Counted from the first letter of the stretch, positions 29,848 through 40,574 are shown. The stretch is 64,000 bases of DNA from Bacteroidota bacterium (GCA_014190575.1 BJGQ01000006.1:1681-65680), one strand, 5' to 3'. Made by a program: numbers and translations. Notes: generated by a model not told the origin, from the sequence alone.

Positions 29848-30681
29848 TCAGACTAAAAATCTGCGCTCTACAATATTGTAGAATTCAGCAACCATTTCAT
29901 CCTGAGTGTTCCAGTGAAGGCGGTTGCGCAATGAATTTTCGATATAATCCATCGCTTCATCATAATTACTGCTGTTGTTAATTTTTTCTATCGATTCATC
30001 ATACAGCCTCGCATCGTTATTGAATAAAAAGTTGATGTATGAAAATCGCTTGTTCAAACCAATAAAAGTTTTCAAATCTTTAATCGGTGCCTTCCTCAAT
30101 TTATCATTCAACTCAGTGTGCGGCTGATTCAGTTTTTCATTTACCGTTGGTTTTGATCCCTGTGCTGAATAAATATCCGAAACAGTTTTTTGCGTTCCCT
30201 TTCCAGAATACGATTGATTCAATGATTGTCCGGGATTACTTTTCAATATTGCATCATCGTTGTTTGAATATCGCGCACCATTGCTGTTTGTACCATTACC
30301 ATTACCATTTCCATTTTGTGCACCATTAGTTAATGGAACGGTTGGAATTTGTTGCTGAGGCTTTGGCGATTCTACTGGCGGTGGAGCAGGTTGTTGAAGA
30401 GGAGGAATATATTGTTGTGGTGGAGGAGCAGAAGGTTGCTGATAATATTGTTGTGGTTGCTGCGGTTGCTGATACTGTGGTGGAAATTGTTGAGTCATGC
30501 TTGACTGCGGATGGTCAACTGGCAATGAGAGTGTAAGTTCATACAATTCACGAACATAATTGAGCAATAAATCTTTATCAATTTTATTTATTACTCCATT
30601 ATTAAACTGAATAGACTGAAACAGGTAGTTGACTTTTTCAATCAATACCGAAATTTTCGTTTCTGTTTTTATATCAGCCAT
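29848..30681 (-). CDS. Hypothetical protein with a Q/P/N-rich disordered linker and a conserved helical C-terminal domain
   Basis: N-terminal IDKDLLL..VRELYE; QQP/PPP/NGNG linker; C-terminal DLKTFIGLN.RF...LF...VERRF. Confidence 0.7.
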   Translation of the reverse strand: MADIKTETKISVLIEKVNYLFQSIQFNNGVINKIDKDLLLNYVRELYELTLSLPVDHPQSSMTQQFPPQYQQPQQPQQYYQQPSAPPPQQYIPPLQQPAPPPVESPKPQQQIPTVPLTNGAQNGNGNGNGTNSNGARYSNNDDAILKSNPGQSLNQSYSGKGTQKTVSDIYSAQGSKPTVNEKLNQPHTELNDKLRKAPIKDLKTFIGLNKRFSYINFLFNNDARLYDESIEKINNSSNYDEAMDYIENSLRNRLHWNTQDEMVAEFYNIVERRFLV

Positions 30682-30862
30682 TTCTTTTTCAGGGGGTGTA
30701 AAGTTATGCTTTCAAATCCTGTTTTTGAATTTTAAATTTAAGACTCTTACATTTTCCTTTTTAACGCAGTTTCCAACCAAATGATTTATGTTTCCAAAAC
30801 ATTCTGTTCATTATTGGAAAAGATTTGTGAATTTTCGCATCCCGAATTTTAAAACTCATTAC

Positions 30863-31438
30863 ATGTTTATTGAACCTCACATACGACAACAACAAACAGG
30901 TTGGATTGAAGTGATTTGCGGCTGTATGTTTTCCGGTAAAACTGAAGAACTCATTCGCCGTTTGAAGCGTGCAAGAATTGCCAACCAGAAAGTGGAGATT
31001 TTTAAGCCACAGATTGATACCCGTTATCACAGCAGCAACATTGTGTCGCATGACGAAAATTATATTTCATCTACTCCGGTTTCAAACTCCCAAAATATTT
31101 TGTTGCTTGCAAACGAAATTGAAGTGATTGGAATTGATGAAGCACAATTTTTTGATGGAGAACTACCAATGGTTTGCGATAAGTTAGCAGCAAAAGGTGC
31201 GAGAGTAATTATTGCTGGTTTGGATATGGATTTTACAGGAAAACCTTTTGGACCAATGCCGCAACTTTTAGCAAGAGCAGAATACATTACAAAGGTACAT
31301 GCAATTTGTATGATTTGCGGAAACTTAGCTTCCTATTCTTTTCGAAAATCAAAATACGATGCTACTGTTTTGCTCGGCGAAAAGGACCATTACGAACCAC
31401 GATGCCGTCATTGTTTTGATAAAGGAATGAAGAACTAA
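30863..31438 (+). CDS. tdk: Thymidine kinase
   Basis: [25 protein letters not shown], Zn ligands CMIC and CRHC; start MFIEP at 30863. Confidence 0.95.
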   Translation: MFIEPHIRQQQTGWIEVICGCMFSGKTEELIRRLKRARIANQKVEIFKPQIDTRYHSSNIVSHDENYISSTPVSNSQNILLLANEIEVIGIDEAQFFDGELPMVCDKLAAKGARVIIAGLDMDFTGKPFGPMPQLLARAEYITKVHAICMICGNLASYSFRKSKYDATVLLGEKDHYEPRCRHCFDKGMKN

Positions 31439-31511
31439 TTTGATGATTTGATGATGAAATAACTTTTGAAAAACACTTGGATAATTCACTATTTACAATT
31501 AACTATTCACA

Positions 31512-32015
31512 ATGAAAAAACTATTTCTAATTCGCCATGCAAAATCAAGTCATGATGATTTAAAAATGAAGGACATTGACCGCATACTTAACCAACGGGG
31601 GAAAGAAGATGCGCCGATGATGGGGAAAATTTTGAAAGAAAAGGGTGTGACGCCCGATTTGATTTTCAGTAGTCCTGCGGCGCGCGCGATGGAAACAGCG
31701 AAATTATTTTCGAAAGAATTAAACTTTCCTGTTGATTCAATTTTAATTGATTCGGTTTTGTATTCATTCAATCAGAGTTTGATTTTATCGTTCATCATGT
31801 CAATTGATTCATCAGCTGAAACTGTTTTGTTGTTCAGTCACAATCCTACTTTTCATGAACTGGCAAATTATTTTACTCGAAATAAAGTTCCATCAATGCC
31901 TACTTGTTGCATTGTTGGAATTGAATTTCTCACTGACAAATGGGATGAAATTGAAGAAAGCGAAAAGCACTTGGTACTTTATGAATATCCCAAAAAATAT
32001 AAAGGAGATGAATAA
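31512..32015 (+). CDS. sixA: SixA-type phosphohistidine phosphatase
   Basis: LIRHAKS, SSPAARA.ET, SHNP. Confidence 0.88.
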   Translation: MKKLFLIRHAKSSHDDLKMKDIDRILNQRGKEDAPMMGKILKEKGVTPDLIFSSPAARAMETAKLFSKELNFPVDSILIDSVLYSFNQSLILSFIMSIDSSAETVLLFSHNPTFHELANYFTRNKVPSMPTCCIVGIEFLTDKWDEIEESEKHLVLYEYPKKYKGDE

Positions 32016-32027
32016 ATTTTCAGCAAT

Positions 32028-33998
32028 ATGAAATTATTCGATCGCGATTTCAGCTGGCTTTCCTACAACAGCCGTGTGATGCAGGAAGCTGCAGATGAAA
32101 ATAATGTGGAGGCGGAGCGATTGAAATTTATTTCCATTGCCGACAGCAATCTGAAAGTATTTATTCGTGAACGGTTTTTTGCTTTGCTGAATACTTCTGA
32201 AAAAAATTCAGAGGAAAAAATATATAAACTGAATAAAAAAATATCGAAGCAATTTTCAGAATGTGGTGAAATCCTTAATGGCATTTTTACTTCATTAAAA
32301 AATTCAGAAGCTGAAATATTTTCAATTGAAGAGCTGGATGAAATGCAACTGAAATTTTTGAATGAATGGTTTCGGTTAAAAATGAAACCTGATCTTCACC
32401 CGAAATTTTTAACAATTGAAAATGAAGTTACAGCATTTGAAATCGGACGGCTTTATCTTTTCGTTCAGTTAATATTTCATGATGAAAAAGGTCAGGCGCT
32501 CATTGAAATTCCGTTAAGTAAAAGCGAACGGTTTGTAGAAATCCCTTCTTTAAATGAGAAATTAATTTTTGTTTTAGCAGAAACAGTGATTAGATATTTC
32601 TTGCCTGAAATTTTTCCGGGGCATGAAATTCCGGATAACTATCTTTTTGAAATGATTGCGGGTAATGAATTTTATTCTGCCGATGAAGAGCCCGCACTTT
32701 CGAAGAAATTGGAAAACGAAAATCAGGCAATCGGAAATTATTTTCTGTTTGAAAAAAACACACCGAAAGAAATTATAAAAACACTCTTGCAAAAAACAAA
32801 AGGCAGTAAGAATGCAGTTGCTAAAAAGAATTCCATTTTAGCATTGAACGACTTCATCGATTTGGGAAAATTGCTTCCTTTGAAAATGAAAGAGCCACCA
32901 ATCACTGTTGCGAATCATCCCTTAGAAAATATTCCTTCTATTCTCGAAGCAGTTAGTTTAAATGAACAGTTGCTTTACTTTCCATATCATTCTTTTTCTA
33001 CAATAATTAATTTATTAAAACAAGCAGCAACAAGCAGTAGTGTAAAAAACATTTTCATCACATTGTATCGAACAGCTCCATATTCATTGTTGGCTGAAAA
33101 TTTATTGTTTGCTGCAGCAAATGGAAAAAATGTTTTTGCCTACTTAGAAATTAAAGCAAGCGAAAGCGAAGAGGAAAATATAATGCTCGCCAATAAATTA
33201 GAAGAAGGCGGAGTAAAGGTTTCACGCAATTTTCCCGGATTAAAAATTCACGCAAAAACTATTTTGATTGAAGAAGAAACAGATGGAGCTTTAAAAAGAA
33301 CAGCCTTGCTAAACACCGGAAACTTCAATGAAAAAACTGCTGACAAGTACACTGATATTGCAATTCTTTCTTCCAATAAAATTATCACGCAAGATGTTTC
33401 CGATTTTTTTGAAGCGATTCAAATACGATCGATAAAAAATTTTCATCCAAAAACAATTTCATTTTCTCCCAACAATTACCGTCAAACATTTTCATCTGAA
33501 ATTCAAAAGTGCATTGAAGCAGCAAAGCAAAATATTTCAGCACGGATTATTCTGAAAGTAAATAATCTGGAAGACGAAAAAATTATTCCTGAATTATATG
33601 AAGCTGCTGATGCAGGAGTAAAAATTGAAATTATTGTGCGCAGTATTTGCTGCATGAAACCAAAAGACAATATTGAAATCATCAGTATTGTTGACCGATT
33701 TCTGGAACACGCACGAATATTTTCTTTCCGTTATGGCGAAGAAGAAACCATGTACACCACGAGCGCCGATTTGATGACGCGCAACTTAGACCGACGAATG
33801 GAATTTCTGTTGCCAATTAAAAATCAGGTTCATCGCAAACAACTTTCTGAAATTCTGCAATTGCAATTGCGCGACAATGTGAAAGCAAGAATTATTGACA
33901 AAAAACAGAAGAATAAATTTTTGAAAGCAGAAAATGGCGAAGCTGAAATAAGGTCTCAGGATGTGTTGTCTGAATATTTTTCTCCTCCTGTAAATTAA
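32028..33998 (+). CDS. ppk1: Polyphosphate kinase 1-like protein (divergent)
   Basis: RDFSWLSYNSRV.QEA, TLYR, LKIHAK, TGNFNEKTA..YTD, RFLEHARI, SADLMTRNLDRRME, DNVKAR; several other conserved motifs altered. Confidence 0.85.
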   Translation: MKLFDRDFSWLSYNSRVMQEAADENNVEAERLKFISIADSNLKVFIRERFFALLNTSEKNSEEKIYKLNKKISKQFSECGEILNGIFTSLKNSEAEIFSIEELDEMQLKFLNEWFRLKMKPDLHPKFLTIENEVTAFEIGRLYLFVQLIFHDEKGQALIEIPLSKSERFVEIPSLNEKLIFVLAETVIRYFLPEIFPGHEIPDNYLFEMIAGNEFYSADEEPALSKKLENENQAIGNYFLFEKNTPKEIIKTLLQKTKGSKNAVAKKNSILALNDFIDLGKLLPLKMKEPPITVANHPLENIPSILEAVSLNEQLLYFPYHSFSTIINLLKQAATSSSVKNIFITLYRTAPYSLLAENLLFAAANGKNVFAYLEIKASESEEENIMLANKLEEGGVKVSRNFPGLKIHAKTILIEEETDGALKRTALLNTGNFNEKTADKYTDIAILSSNKIITQDVSDFFEAIQIRSIKNFHPKTISFSPNNYRQTFSSEIQKCIEAAKQNISARIILKVNNLEDEKIIPELYEAADAGVKIEIIVRSICCMKPKDNIEIISIVDRFLEHARIFSFRYGEEETMYTTSADLMTRNLDRRMEFLLPIKNQVHRKQLSEILQLQLRDNVKARIIDKKQKNKFLKAENGEAEIRSQDVLSEYFSPPVN

Positions 33999-34076
33999 TT
34001 GTTCATTCAATTTCAATTTCTGTATTTGCGAAATTGATGCTTGGGTTTAATTTCATTCCCGATAAATAATTTCTGA

Positions 34077-36419
34077 ATGAAAAAATCACTTACACTTTTT
34101 TTTCTCTTTGTATCAGCAAATCTTTTTGCTCAAACCGGAAGCATTCGCGGAACAATAACTGATGAATCATCTGACGAAGCATTAATTGGTGTGACCGTTT
34201 CTTCAGGGGCAAATGGTGTTGTGAGCGATGATGCAGGCAATTATATTTTCTCTCTTCCATCAGGAACACAAACAATAAAATTTTCATTTGTCGGATATGA
34301 GACTTTAGAAAAACAAGTGATAATACAAGCTGGCGACACTATAAAATTAAATATTGAACTGGTGACCAATGCAAAAGAATTAGGAACCATAGTAGTGAGT
34401 TCGAGCCGCTATGAAAAAAAGATTTCGGAAGAAACAGTGAGCATGGAAGTAATAAAACCTTCATTCATTGAAAACACAAATTCCATTGACATGAAAGAAG
34501 CAATTAATAAAGCGCCAGGTGTAAATATTATAGATGGCCAGGCAAATATTCGTGGAGGAAGCGGTTATAGTTATGGAGCTGGTAGTCGTGTGTTGGTGTT
34601 GGTTGATGATGTGCCGCAATTAGCTGCAGATGCAGGTGATGTGAAATGGGATTTTTTACCCCTTGAAAATTTAGACCAGGTGGAAATTATTAAAGGTGCT
34701 GCTTCAAGTTTGTATGGATCATCTGCATTGAATGGAGTAATAAATATTCGCACCAACTATCCAACATCAGTTCCTAAAACTCAAATCAATTTTTATCAGG
34801 GCATTTATCAAAACCCGAAACGAAAAGAAATAATCTGGTGGGGAAATAAGCAACCGTATTATTCAGGGGGATATTTTACACATAGTCAAAAGTTCGGTCA
34901 GTTTGATTTATGTTTTGGCGGAAATGTTTTTAATGAATCTGGTTTTCGTGAAGGAGAATATACTGAGCGCGGCCGTGTGAATGTAAGCACCCGTTACCGA
35001 TTCAAAAAAATTGATGGGCTTGCAATCGGACTAAATGTGAATGCATTTGTATCACACACAGGAACATTTTTTATCTGGCAGGATGATACAACAGGAGCTT
35101 ACCGTCCACAAGGCGGAATGGATTCTGCCACCACTTCTTTAGCTGAGAATAACAACACACGATTAAGTATTGATCCGTACCTTACTTATTTTAACAAGAA
35201 TGGAAACCGGCATTCATTTCATGGGCGATATTATTTAACCAATGCAAACGCAAAGGATAATAAAAGCACAAACGCTCAACTTTATTATGGCGAATATCAG
35301 TACCAGCATTTTTTCAAGTTCGGGTTGAATTTAACAACAGGTATTGCTGCAAATGCATCACAAATTACCGCTGATTTATACGGCAATCATTATGCTGATA
35401 ACGAAGCATTGTTTTTGCAACTCGATCAGAAAAAAGGAAGATTGAATATTGTTGGAGGTGTTCGATACGAAATGTTTCGGGTTGATACTATCACGAGTCA
35501 ATCACCAATTCTCATTCGTGCAGGAGCAAATTTCAGAGTGATGAAGGCAAGTTATTTCCGTGCATCATTTGGTCAGGGGTATCGCTTCCCGACTATAGCT
35601 GAAAAATTTGTTGCCACTCAAGTTGGTCCTTTAAAAATATTTCCTAATCCTACAGTTAACCCTGAAACCGGATGGTCATCAGAGATAGGAGTGAAGCAGG
35701 GATTTAAAGTAAGCAGTTGGTTAGGTTATCTTGACTTGTGTGCATTTATGAGTGAGTACAAAGATTTTATGGAATTTACTTTTGGCTTTCACCCCCCATA
35801 TGCATGGAAGCCCGGGGACCCCATAAATTTTACTGACTTTGCAAAGTACCTAGGATTTAAAACAATAAATATTACTAACGCAAAAATAAGCGGAGGTGAA
35901 TTTTCAGTTATAGGTCAAGGTAAATTATTCGGACTGCCAACAAATTTGCTTGCCGGTGTTACTTACATAATTCCAATTGATATAAATAAAGTTTCGCTTG
36001 TTGATAGCTTGCTTAAAGAAAATGCCGGAGCTACAAAACAAATTCTCGATTCTATTTCGAAAATAAAAATTCTTAACTACAGATATCAATGGACTGCCAA
36101 AGCCGAGTTTGATATTTCGTATCATTCATTCTCCACAGGTTTCAGTTTTCGGTACAATAGTTTTATGGATAACATTGATCCGATATTTAATGGAACTGAT
36201 CCACTAGTTCCCATTCAAGTAGTTGCCGGAATAGTGCCTTATCGCCAATTGCATCACACAGGAGATTATGTAATTGATTATCGCATATCAATGAAGGTGA
36301 ATAAATATGTAAAGGTTTCGCTCATCATTAAAAATTTAATGAATCGCGAATACACTGAACGACCTGCATTGATAGAACAGCCAAGAAATTTTTCGTTGCA
36401 GGTTAGTGCGAAGTTTTAA
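34077..36419 (+). CDS. TonB-dependent receptor with N-terminal CarboxypepD_reg-like domain
   Basis: Signal LFA|Q; plug IRGGSG...VEIIKGAASSLYGSSALNGVINI; PETG; NLMN...PRNF; terminal Phe. Confidence 0.92.
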   Translation: MKKSLTLFFLFVSANLFAQTGSIRGTITDESSDEALIGVTVSSGANGVVSDDAGNYIFSLPSGTQTIKFSFVGYETLEKQVIIQAGDTIKLNIELVTNAKELGTIVVSSSRYEKKISEETVSMEVIKPSFIENTNSIDMKEAINKAPGVNIIDGQANIRGGSGYSYGAGSRVLVLVDDVPQLAADAGDVKWDFLPLENLDQVEIIKGAASSLYGSSALNGVINIRTNYPTSVPKTQINFYQGIYQNPKRKEIIWWGNKQPYYSGGYFTHSQKFGQFDLCFGGNVFNESGFREGEYTERGRVNVSTRYRFKKIDGLAIGLNVNAFVSHTGTFFIWQDDTTGAYRPQGGMDSATTSLAENNNTRLSIDPYLTYFNKNGNRHSFHGRYYLTNANAKDNKSTNAQLYYGEYQYQHFFKFGLNLTTGIAANASQITADLYGNHYADNEALFLQLDQKKGRLNIVGGVRYEMFRVDTITSQSPILIRAGANFRVMKASYFRASFGQGYRFPTIAEKFVATQVGPLKIFPNPTVNPETGWSSEIGVKQGFKVSSWLGYLDLCAFMSEYKDFMEFTFGFHPPYAWKPGDPINFTDFAKYLGFKTINITNAKISGGEFSVIGQGKLFGLPTNLLAGVTYIIPIDINKVSLVDSLLKENAGATKQILDSISKIKILNYRYQWTAKAEFDISYHSFSTGFSFRYNSFMDNIDPIFNGTDPLVPIQVVAGIVPYRQLHHTGDYVIDYRISMKVNKYVKVSLIIKNLMNREYTERPALIEQPRNFSLQVSAKF

Positions 36420-36458
36420 TTAGAAAATATTTATTGATTGGGAATTATTAATAAACAA

Positions 36459-36911
36459 TTATCTGCGTTTTCTGAAAAACTCTTTCACCATCATTGATGA
36501 TTCTTCAGCAATCACACCGCTCTTTACTTCACACTTCGGATGCAAAACTTTTTTGCTGATTAATGTGAAACCTTTTTTCTCGTCAGGTGCTCCATAAACC
36601 AATCTCGAAATTTGCGCCCAGCCAATGGCGGTTGCGCACATCAAACAAGGTTCAAGAGTTACATACAAAGTGCAATCGATTAAATATTTACTTCCGAAAT
36701 GATTTTCTGCGGCAGTGATGGCAATCATTTCAGCATGTGCGGTTACATCTTTCAGCATCTCTACCTGATTATGTCCACGAGCAATGATTTTGTTGTTGCT
36801 GACGACAACAGCACCAATCGGCACTTCATCTTTTGCCAATGCATACTTGGCTTCCTTCAATGCTTCGCGCATAAAATGTTCGTCGGGCAATAGTTGAGTT
36901 GGGGCGTTCAT
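36459..36911 (-). CDS. tadA: tRNA adenosine(34) deaminase family protein
   Basis: EVPIGAV, TAHAE, TLEPCLMC, FF..RR. Confidence 0.85.
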   Translation of the reverse strand: MNAPTQLLPDEHFMREALKEAKYALAKDEVPIGAVVVSNNKIIARGHNQVEMLKDVTAHAEMIAITAAENHFGSKYLIDCTLYVTLEPCLMCATAIGWAQISRLVYGAPDEKKGFTLISKKVLHPKCEVKSGVIAEESSMMVKEFFRKRR

Positions 36912-37007
36912 TCGAAATATGTAGTTGGCAAAAATGAATCTGAACTTTCAGAAAACACAAGCATATTTTCATTTTCATTTCGTCTGTGTGGTTTCAAAGG
37001 AAAACTT

Positions 37008-37015
37008 TAGGTTTG
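37008..37015 (+). promoter_or_regulatory. -7 box for tolC-adaptor
   Basis: TAGGTTTG, 23 nt before TTG 37039. Confidence 0.5.
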
Positions 37016-37038
37016 GCGCTTCTTAATTCAATCAGTTC

Positions 37039-38469
37039 TTGTTACACATTATTATCCGCTTCTCTCTCTCATTAGCTTGTATCAGTTGCATTACTTTTTC
37101 GCAAGCACAAGAATCGTGGTCGCTTGAACAGTGCATCACATTCGCTCAACAAAATAATATTCAACTCAAGCAATCAGCATTGAGTACTGAGTTGAGTCAG
37201 GAATCTTACCTGCAATCGAAATTGGGATTACTTCCGAATCTGAATGCATCATCGAGTTATGGAATAAATACGGGAAAAAATATTGACCCGACAAGCAATT
37301 TGTTTGTTGATCAATCCATTCGTTCTGGAAATTTTTCTTTGTCAAGTAACCTAACTGTTTTTAGCGGTTTTAGTAAAGTGAATGAAATGCGAAAAGCGTA
37401 TTTCGATTTCATGGCATCGAAATACAGCACTGCTCAATTAGTAAATGATATTTCGTTGAGTGTGGCAACTGCTTACCTGCAAATACTTTTTGCGCAGGAA
37501 CAATTTGCCATTGCTGATTCACAGGAAAAAGTAATGCAGGAACAGGTTGATCGTACCAAGCAATTAGTAGATGCCGGAGTTTTGGCTCAAGGTTCACTGC
37601 TGCAAATTCAATCGCAACAGGCATTGGAAGAATTAAATACCGTAAATGCAAAAAATCAATTGTCGCTGGCGAAATTAAATCTGCAACAATTATTGAACAT
37701 GGATCACACGGTTGATATTGTTATTCCAACATTGAAAATTCCGGTGGGTATGGCTTTCCAGGAAATGAATGCAGGAATAATTTATGAAACCGCATTAACA
37801 CTTCAGCCCGGAATTAAAAGTGCGGAGTTAAAATTGAAAGGGGCTGAAAAAGGATTGTCTGCGGCAAGAGGTGCTTACTCACCTTCACTTTCACTCTTCG
37901 GAAGTTTATCATCACAATATTCCAACGCAGTGAAAAGAATAAAAGATGGATCAATAACTTATGATACAACACTAATTGGATTTGATGGATTTACAACTGC
38001 ACCGGTTTATACTTTTTCTCCCAACTATCAATTTGAAAATACTCCGCTTGGCAATCAGATAAAAGATAATTTCGGAAAGGGGGTTGGTGTTTCATTGAAC
38101 TTCCCGATTTTTAATGGATGGGCCACTCATACCAATGTGAGCCGCAGTAAAATAAATTTATTGAATGAGCAATACAATCTGGAATTGCAAAAACAACAAT
38201 TGAAAAAAAGTGTCGAGACTGCATTTAATGATGCAGTAGCAGGTAAGGACCGATATGAAGCTGCATTAAAAAGTGAATCGTCAGCTGAATTAAGTTTCAA
38301 TTACACTAAACTAAAATTTGATGCAGGTTTGCTTACTTCATTTGATTATGTAACGGCGCAAAACAGTTTGAGCAAAGCGAGAAGCGAAACCCTGCAAGCT
38401 AAATTTGAATACATCTTTAAATTAAAAGTGCTCGATTATTATCAAGGCAAACCTTTAAACCTTCAGTAG
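37039..38469 (+). CDS. TolC-family outer-membrane efflux protein
   Basis: WSLEQCI..A..NN, LLPNLN, AYLQIL, PIFNG, F.AG, Y.FKLKVLDYY.G. Confidence 0.9.
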   Translation: MLHIIIRFSLSLACISCITFSQAQESWSLEQCITFAQQNNIQLKQSALSTELSQESYLQSKLGLLPNLNASSSYGINTGKNIDPTSNLFVDQSIRSGNFSLSSNLTVFSGFSKVNEMRKAYFDFMASKYSTAQLVNDISLSVATAYLQILFAQEQFAIADSQEKVMQEQVDRTKQLVDAGVLAQGSLLQIQSQQALEELNTVNAKNQLSLAKLNLQQLLNMDHTVDIVIPTLKIPVGMAFQEMNAGIIYETALTLQPGIKSAELKLKGAEKGLSAARGAYSPSLSLFGSLSSQYSNAVKRIKDGSITYDTTLIGFDGFTTAPVYTFSPNYQFENTPLGNQIKDNFGKGVGVSLNFPIFNGWATHTNVSRSKINLLNEQYNLELQKQQLKKSVETAFNDAVAGKDRYEAALKSESSAELSFNYTKLKFDAGLLTSFDYVTAQNSLSKARSETLQAKFEYIFKLKVLDYYQGKPLNLQ

Positions 38470-39819
38470 ATGACTAAGAAATTAATGATATGGTTGGGAG
38501 TGGCCGTTGGCGTGCTACTTTTATTTGTAATCATTGGAAAAAAAGCCGGATGGATTTCTAATGACAATGCTGAAAAGGTTAGTACAGAAAAAGTAAGCAA
38601 GCGCGATATTGTTGAAAAAGTTTCTGCATCAGGAAAAATTTATCCTGTTACTGAAGTTAAAATTAGTCCTGATGTTTCAGGGGAAATTATTGATTTGCCC
38701 ATTGAAGAAGGTGATAGCGTGATACAAGGTCAGTTACTCGCTAAAATAAAACCTGATATTTATGTTGCACAGGTTGACCGCTCAGTTGCTGCAGTAAATA
38801 ATGCAAAAGCAAATTACTTGAATGCGCAATCTCAGCTCACCCAAATTGTGGTTCAATTTGAAAAATCAGAAAAAGATTACAACCGCAATAAAGATTTGTT
38901 TGATAAAAAAGTAATCAGCCAATCGGAGTTTGATATTTATGATGCTGCATACAAATCAGCGCGTGCAAGTAAGGAAGGAACGCAGCAGGCAGTGGATGCT
39001 GCAAAGTTTATGGTGAACAGTGCTGAAGCTTCATTGAAGGAAGCCAATGATCAGTTGTATAAAACTTCCATCTATGCCCCCATGAGCGGAATTGTTTCCG
39101 CTTTAAATGTTGAGAAAGGTGAGCGCGTGGTTGGTACTTCACAATTTGCCGGAACTGAAATAATGCGCATCGCAAATCTTTATGCAATGGAAGCTCGGGT
39201 CGATGTGAGTGAAAACGATGTGCTGAAAGTTTCTGTTGGTGATACCTGTGAAATAGAAGTGGATGCATATCCTGATAAAACTTTTAAAGGAGTGGTTTAC
39301 CAGGTTGCCAATTCAGCAAGTTCATCAAGCACTTTAGTAAGTACTGAAAGTGTAACCAATTTTACTGTGAAAATTTTATTGGATCAAAGTTCATTCGTTG
39401 ATATGATTGATGTTCAGAAAAAGAAATTTCCATTTCTTCCGGGAATGACTGCCTCTGTGAATATTCTTACGAACCATGTGTATGGAATCAATACTGTTCC
39501 GATTCAATCGGTAACTACAAGAGAAGATTCAACTGATAAAAACGAATCGCAAAAGAAAAAAGCCGCGAAGGATAAGTTGAAAGAAATTGTTTTTGTTTAT
39601 GAAAATGGCGAAGCAAAAAAAGTTTTGGTGACAACCGGAATTCAGGATGATGAATACATAGAAATAAAATCAGGACTGAAAGGTGATGAAGAAATTATAA
39701 CTGCTCCATATAGTGCAATTAGTCGCCGACTGAAAGATAAAATGAAAGTGACCAAGGTTGATAAGAAGGAATTGTATAAAGATAAAAACGGAAGCGATAA
39801 ATCGGCCTCTGATAATTGA
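38470..39819 (+). CDS. Efflux periplasmic adaptor (MacA/HlyD-like membrane fusion protein)
   Basis: N-terminal anchor; ASGKIYP..EVKISPDVSGEI, IYAPMSG, V.E.D, PGMTA, TGIQD. Confidence 0.9.
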   Translation: MTKKLMIWLGVAVGVLLLFVIIGKKAGWISNDNAEKVSTEKVSKRDIVEKVSASGKIYPVTEVKISPDVSGEIIDLPIEEGDSVIQGQLLAKIKPDIYVAQVDRSVAAVNNAKANYLNAQSQLTQIVVQFEKSEKDYNRNKDLFDKKVISQSEFDIYDAAYKSARASKEGTQQAVDAAKFMVNSAEASLKEANDQLYKTSIYAPMSGIVSALNVEKGERVVGTSQFAGTEIMRIANLYAMEARVDVSENDVLKVSVGDTCEIEVDAYPDKTFKGVVYQVANSASSSSTLVSTESVTNFTVKILLDQSSFVDMIDVQKKKFPFLPGMTASVNILTNHVYGINTVPIQSVTTREDSTDKNESQKKKAAKDKLKEIVFVYENGEAKKVLVTTGIQDDEYIEIKSGLKGDEEIITAPYSAISRRLKDKMKVTKVDKKELYKDKNGSDKSASDN

Positions 39820-39821
39820 TA

Positions 39822-40574
39822 TTAATTCTTTCGGAAGAAAAGCAAGACTGAAACCCCAACCGGCAACCCTATTTTTTGTTTCAAGAAAATATTTTCACTG
39901 CGCATTAATCTGTAAAATAACTTTTGTGTAAAGCCTGGCTGATAAATACTAAAATCAGAACCGGCTTCATTTTTATTACGCATAAAATTTTTCGGAACCA
40001 GTTTTGAAAACAACCGGAATGCGGCAATTGGAATAAACAAAAAAGAATTGAAGTAGGAACTGAAAACAATATTGCCTCCGCTCTTAAATAGTTTTTTCAG
40101 ATTTGATTTAGTGTAACGGCGGTAATGGTGATTAACATCGTCATGATGACTCCATAAAAATTTATAGGCAGGCACTGTTACAGCAATGTATCCGCCTGAT
40201 TTGCACACCCGTAACATTTCACTCACTGCCTTGGCATCATCTTCTACATGTTCTATCACATCAAAGGCGCATACTAAATCGTATGAATTATCAGCATAAG
40301 GTAATTCAAGAATAGACCCCTGCTCAATATCGAGTTCCGGTAATTTTAGTTTTACAAATTCAAAACAGGTTTGATCATATTCCGAACTTTTTACTTTTCC
40401 GAATTCTGCCAGCATGACGGATGTTGCACCGGTTGCAATTCCGATATTCAGAATCTTTGAGTCACATGAAAGTTTTAATTCGGCAACCTGCGAACGAAGA
40501 ATATCCAACCGTGCTTTGAACCACCAATGATTTCGTTCGAGTGTATAATACTCAATGTAGTAGTTACTATCCAC
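39822..40574 (-). CDS. Class I SAM-dependent methyltransferase
   Basis: HWWF, ILNIGIATG, FDVIEH, VTVPAY, H.RRY; GTG start overlapping the GT2 stop. Confidence 0.85.
   Translation of the reverse strand: MDSNYYIEYYTLERNHWWFKARLDILRSQVAELKLSCDSKILNIGIATGATSVMLAEFGKVKSSEYDQTCFEFVKLKLPELDIEQGSILELPYADNSYDLVCAFDVIEHVEDDAKAVSEMLRVCKSGGYIAVTVPAYKFLWSHHDDVNHHYRRYTKSNLKKLFKSGGNIVFSSYFNSFLFIPIAAFRLFSKLVPKNFMRNKNEAGSDFSIYQPGFTQKLFYRLMRSENIFLKQKIGLPVGVSVLLFFRKN

Noticed and set aside
36459-36911. Deaminase as an editing or defence enzyme
   Set aside because: Ordinary TadA length and motifs in a housekeeping context
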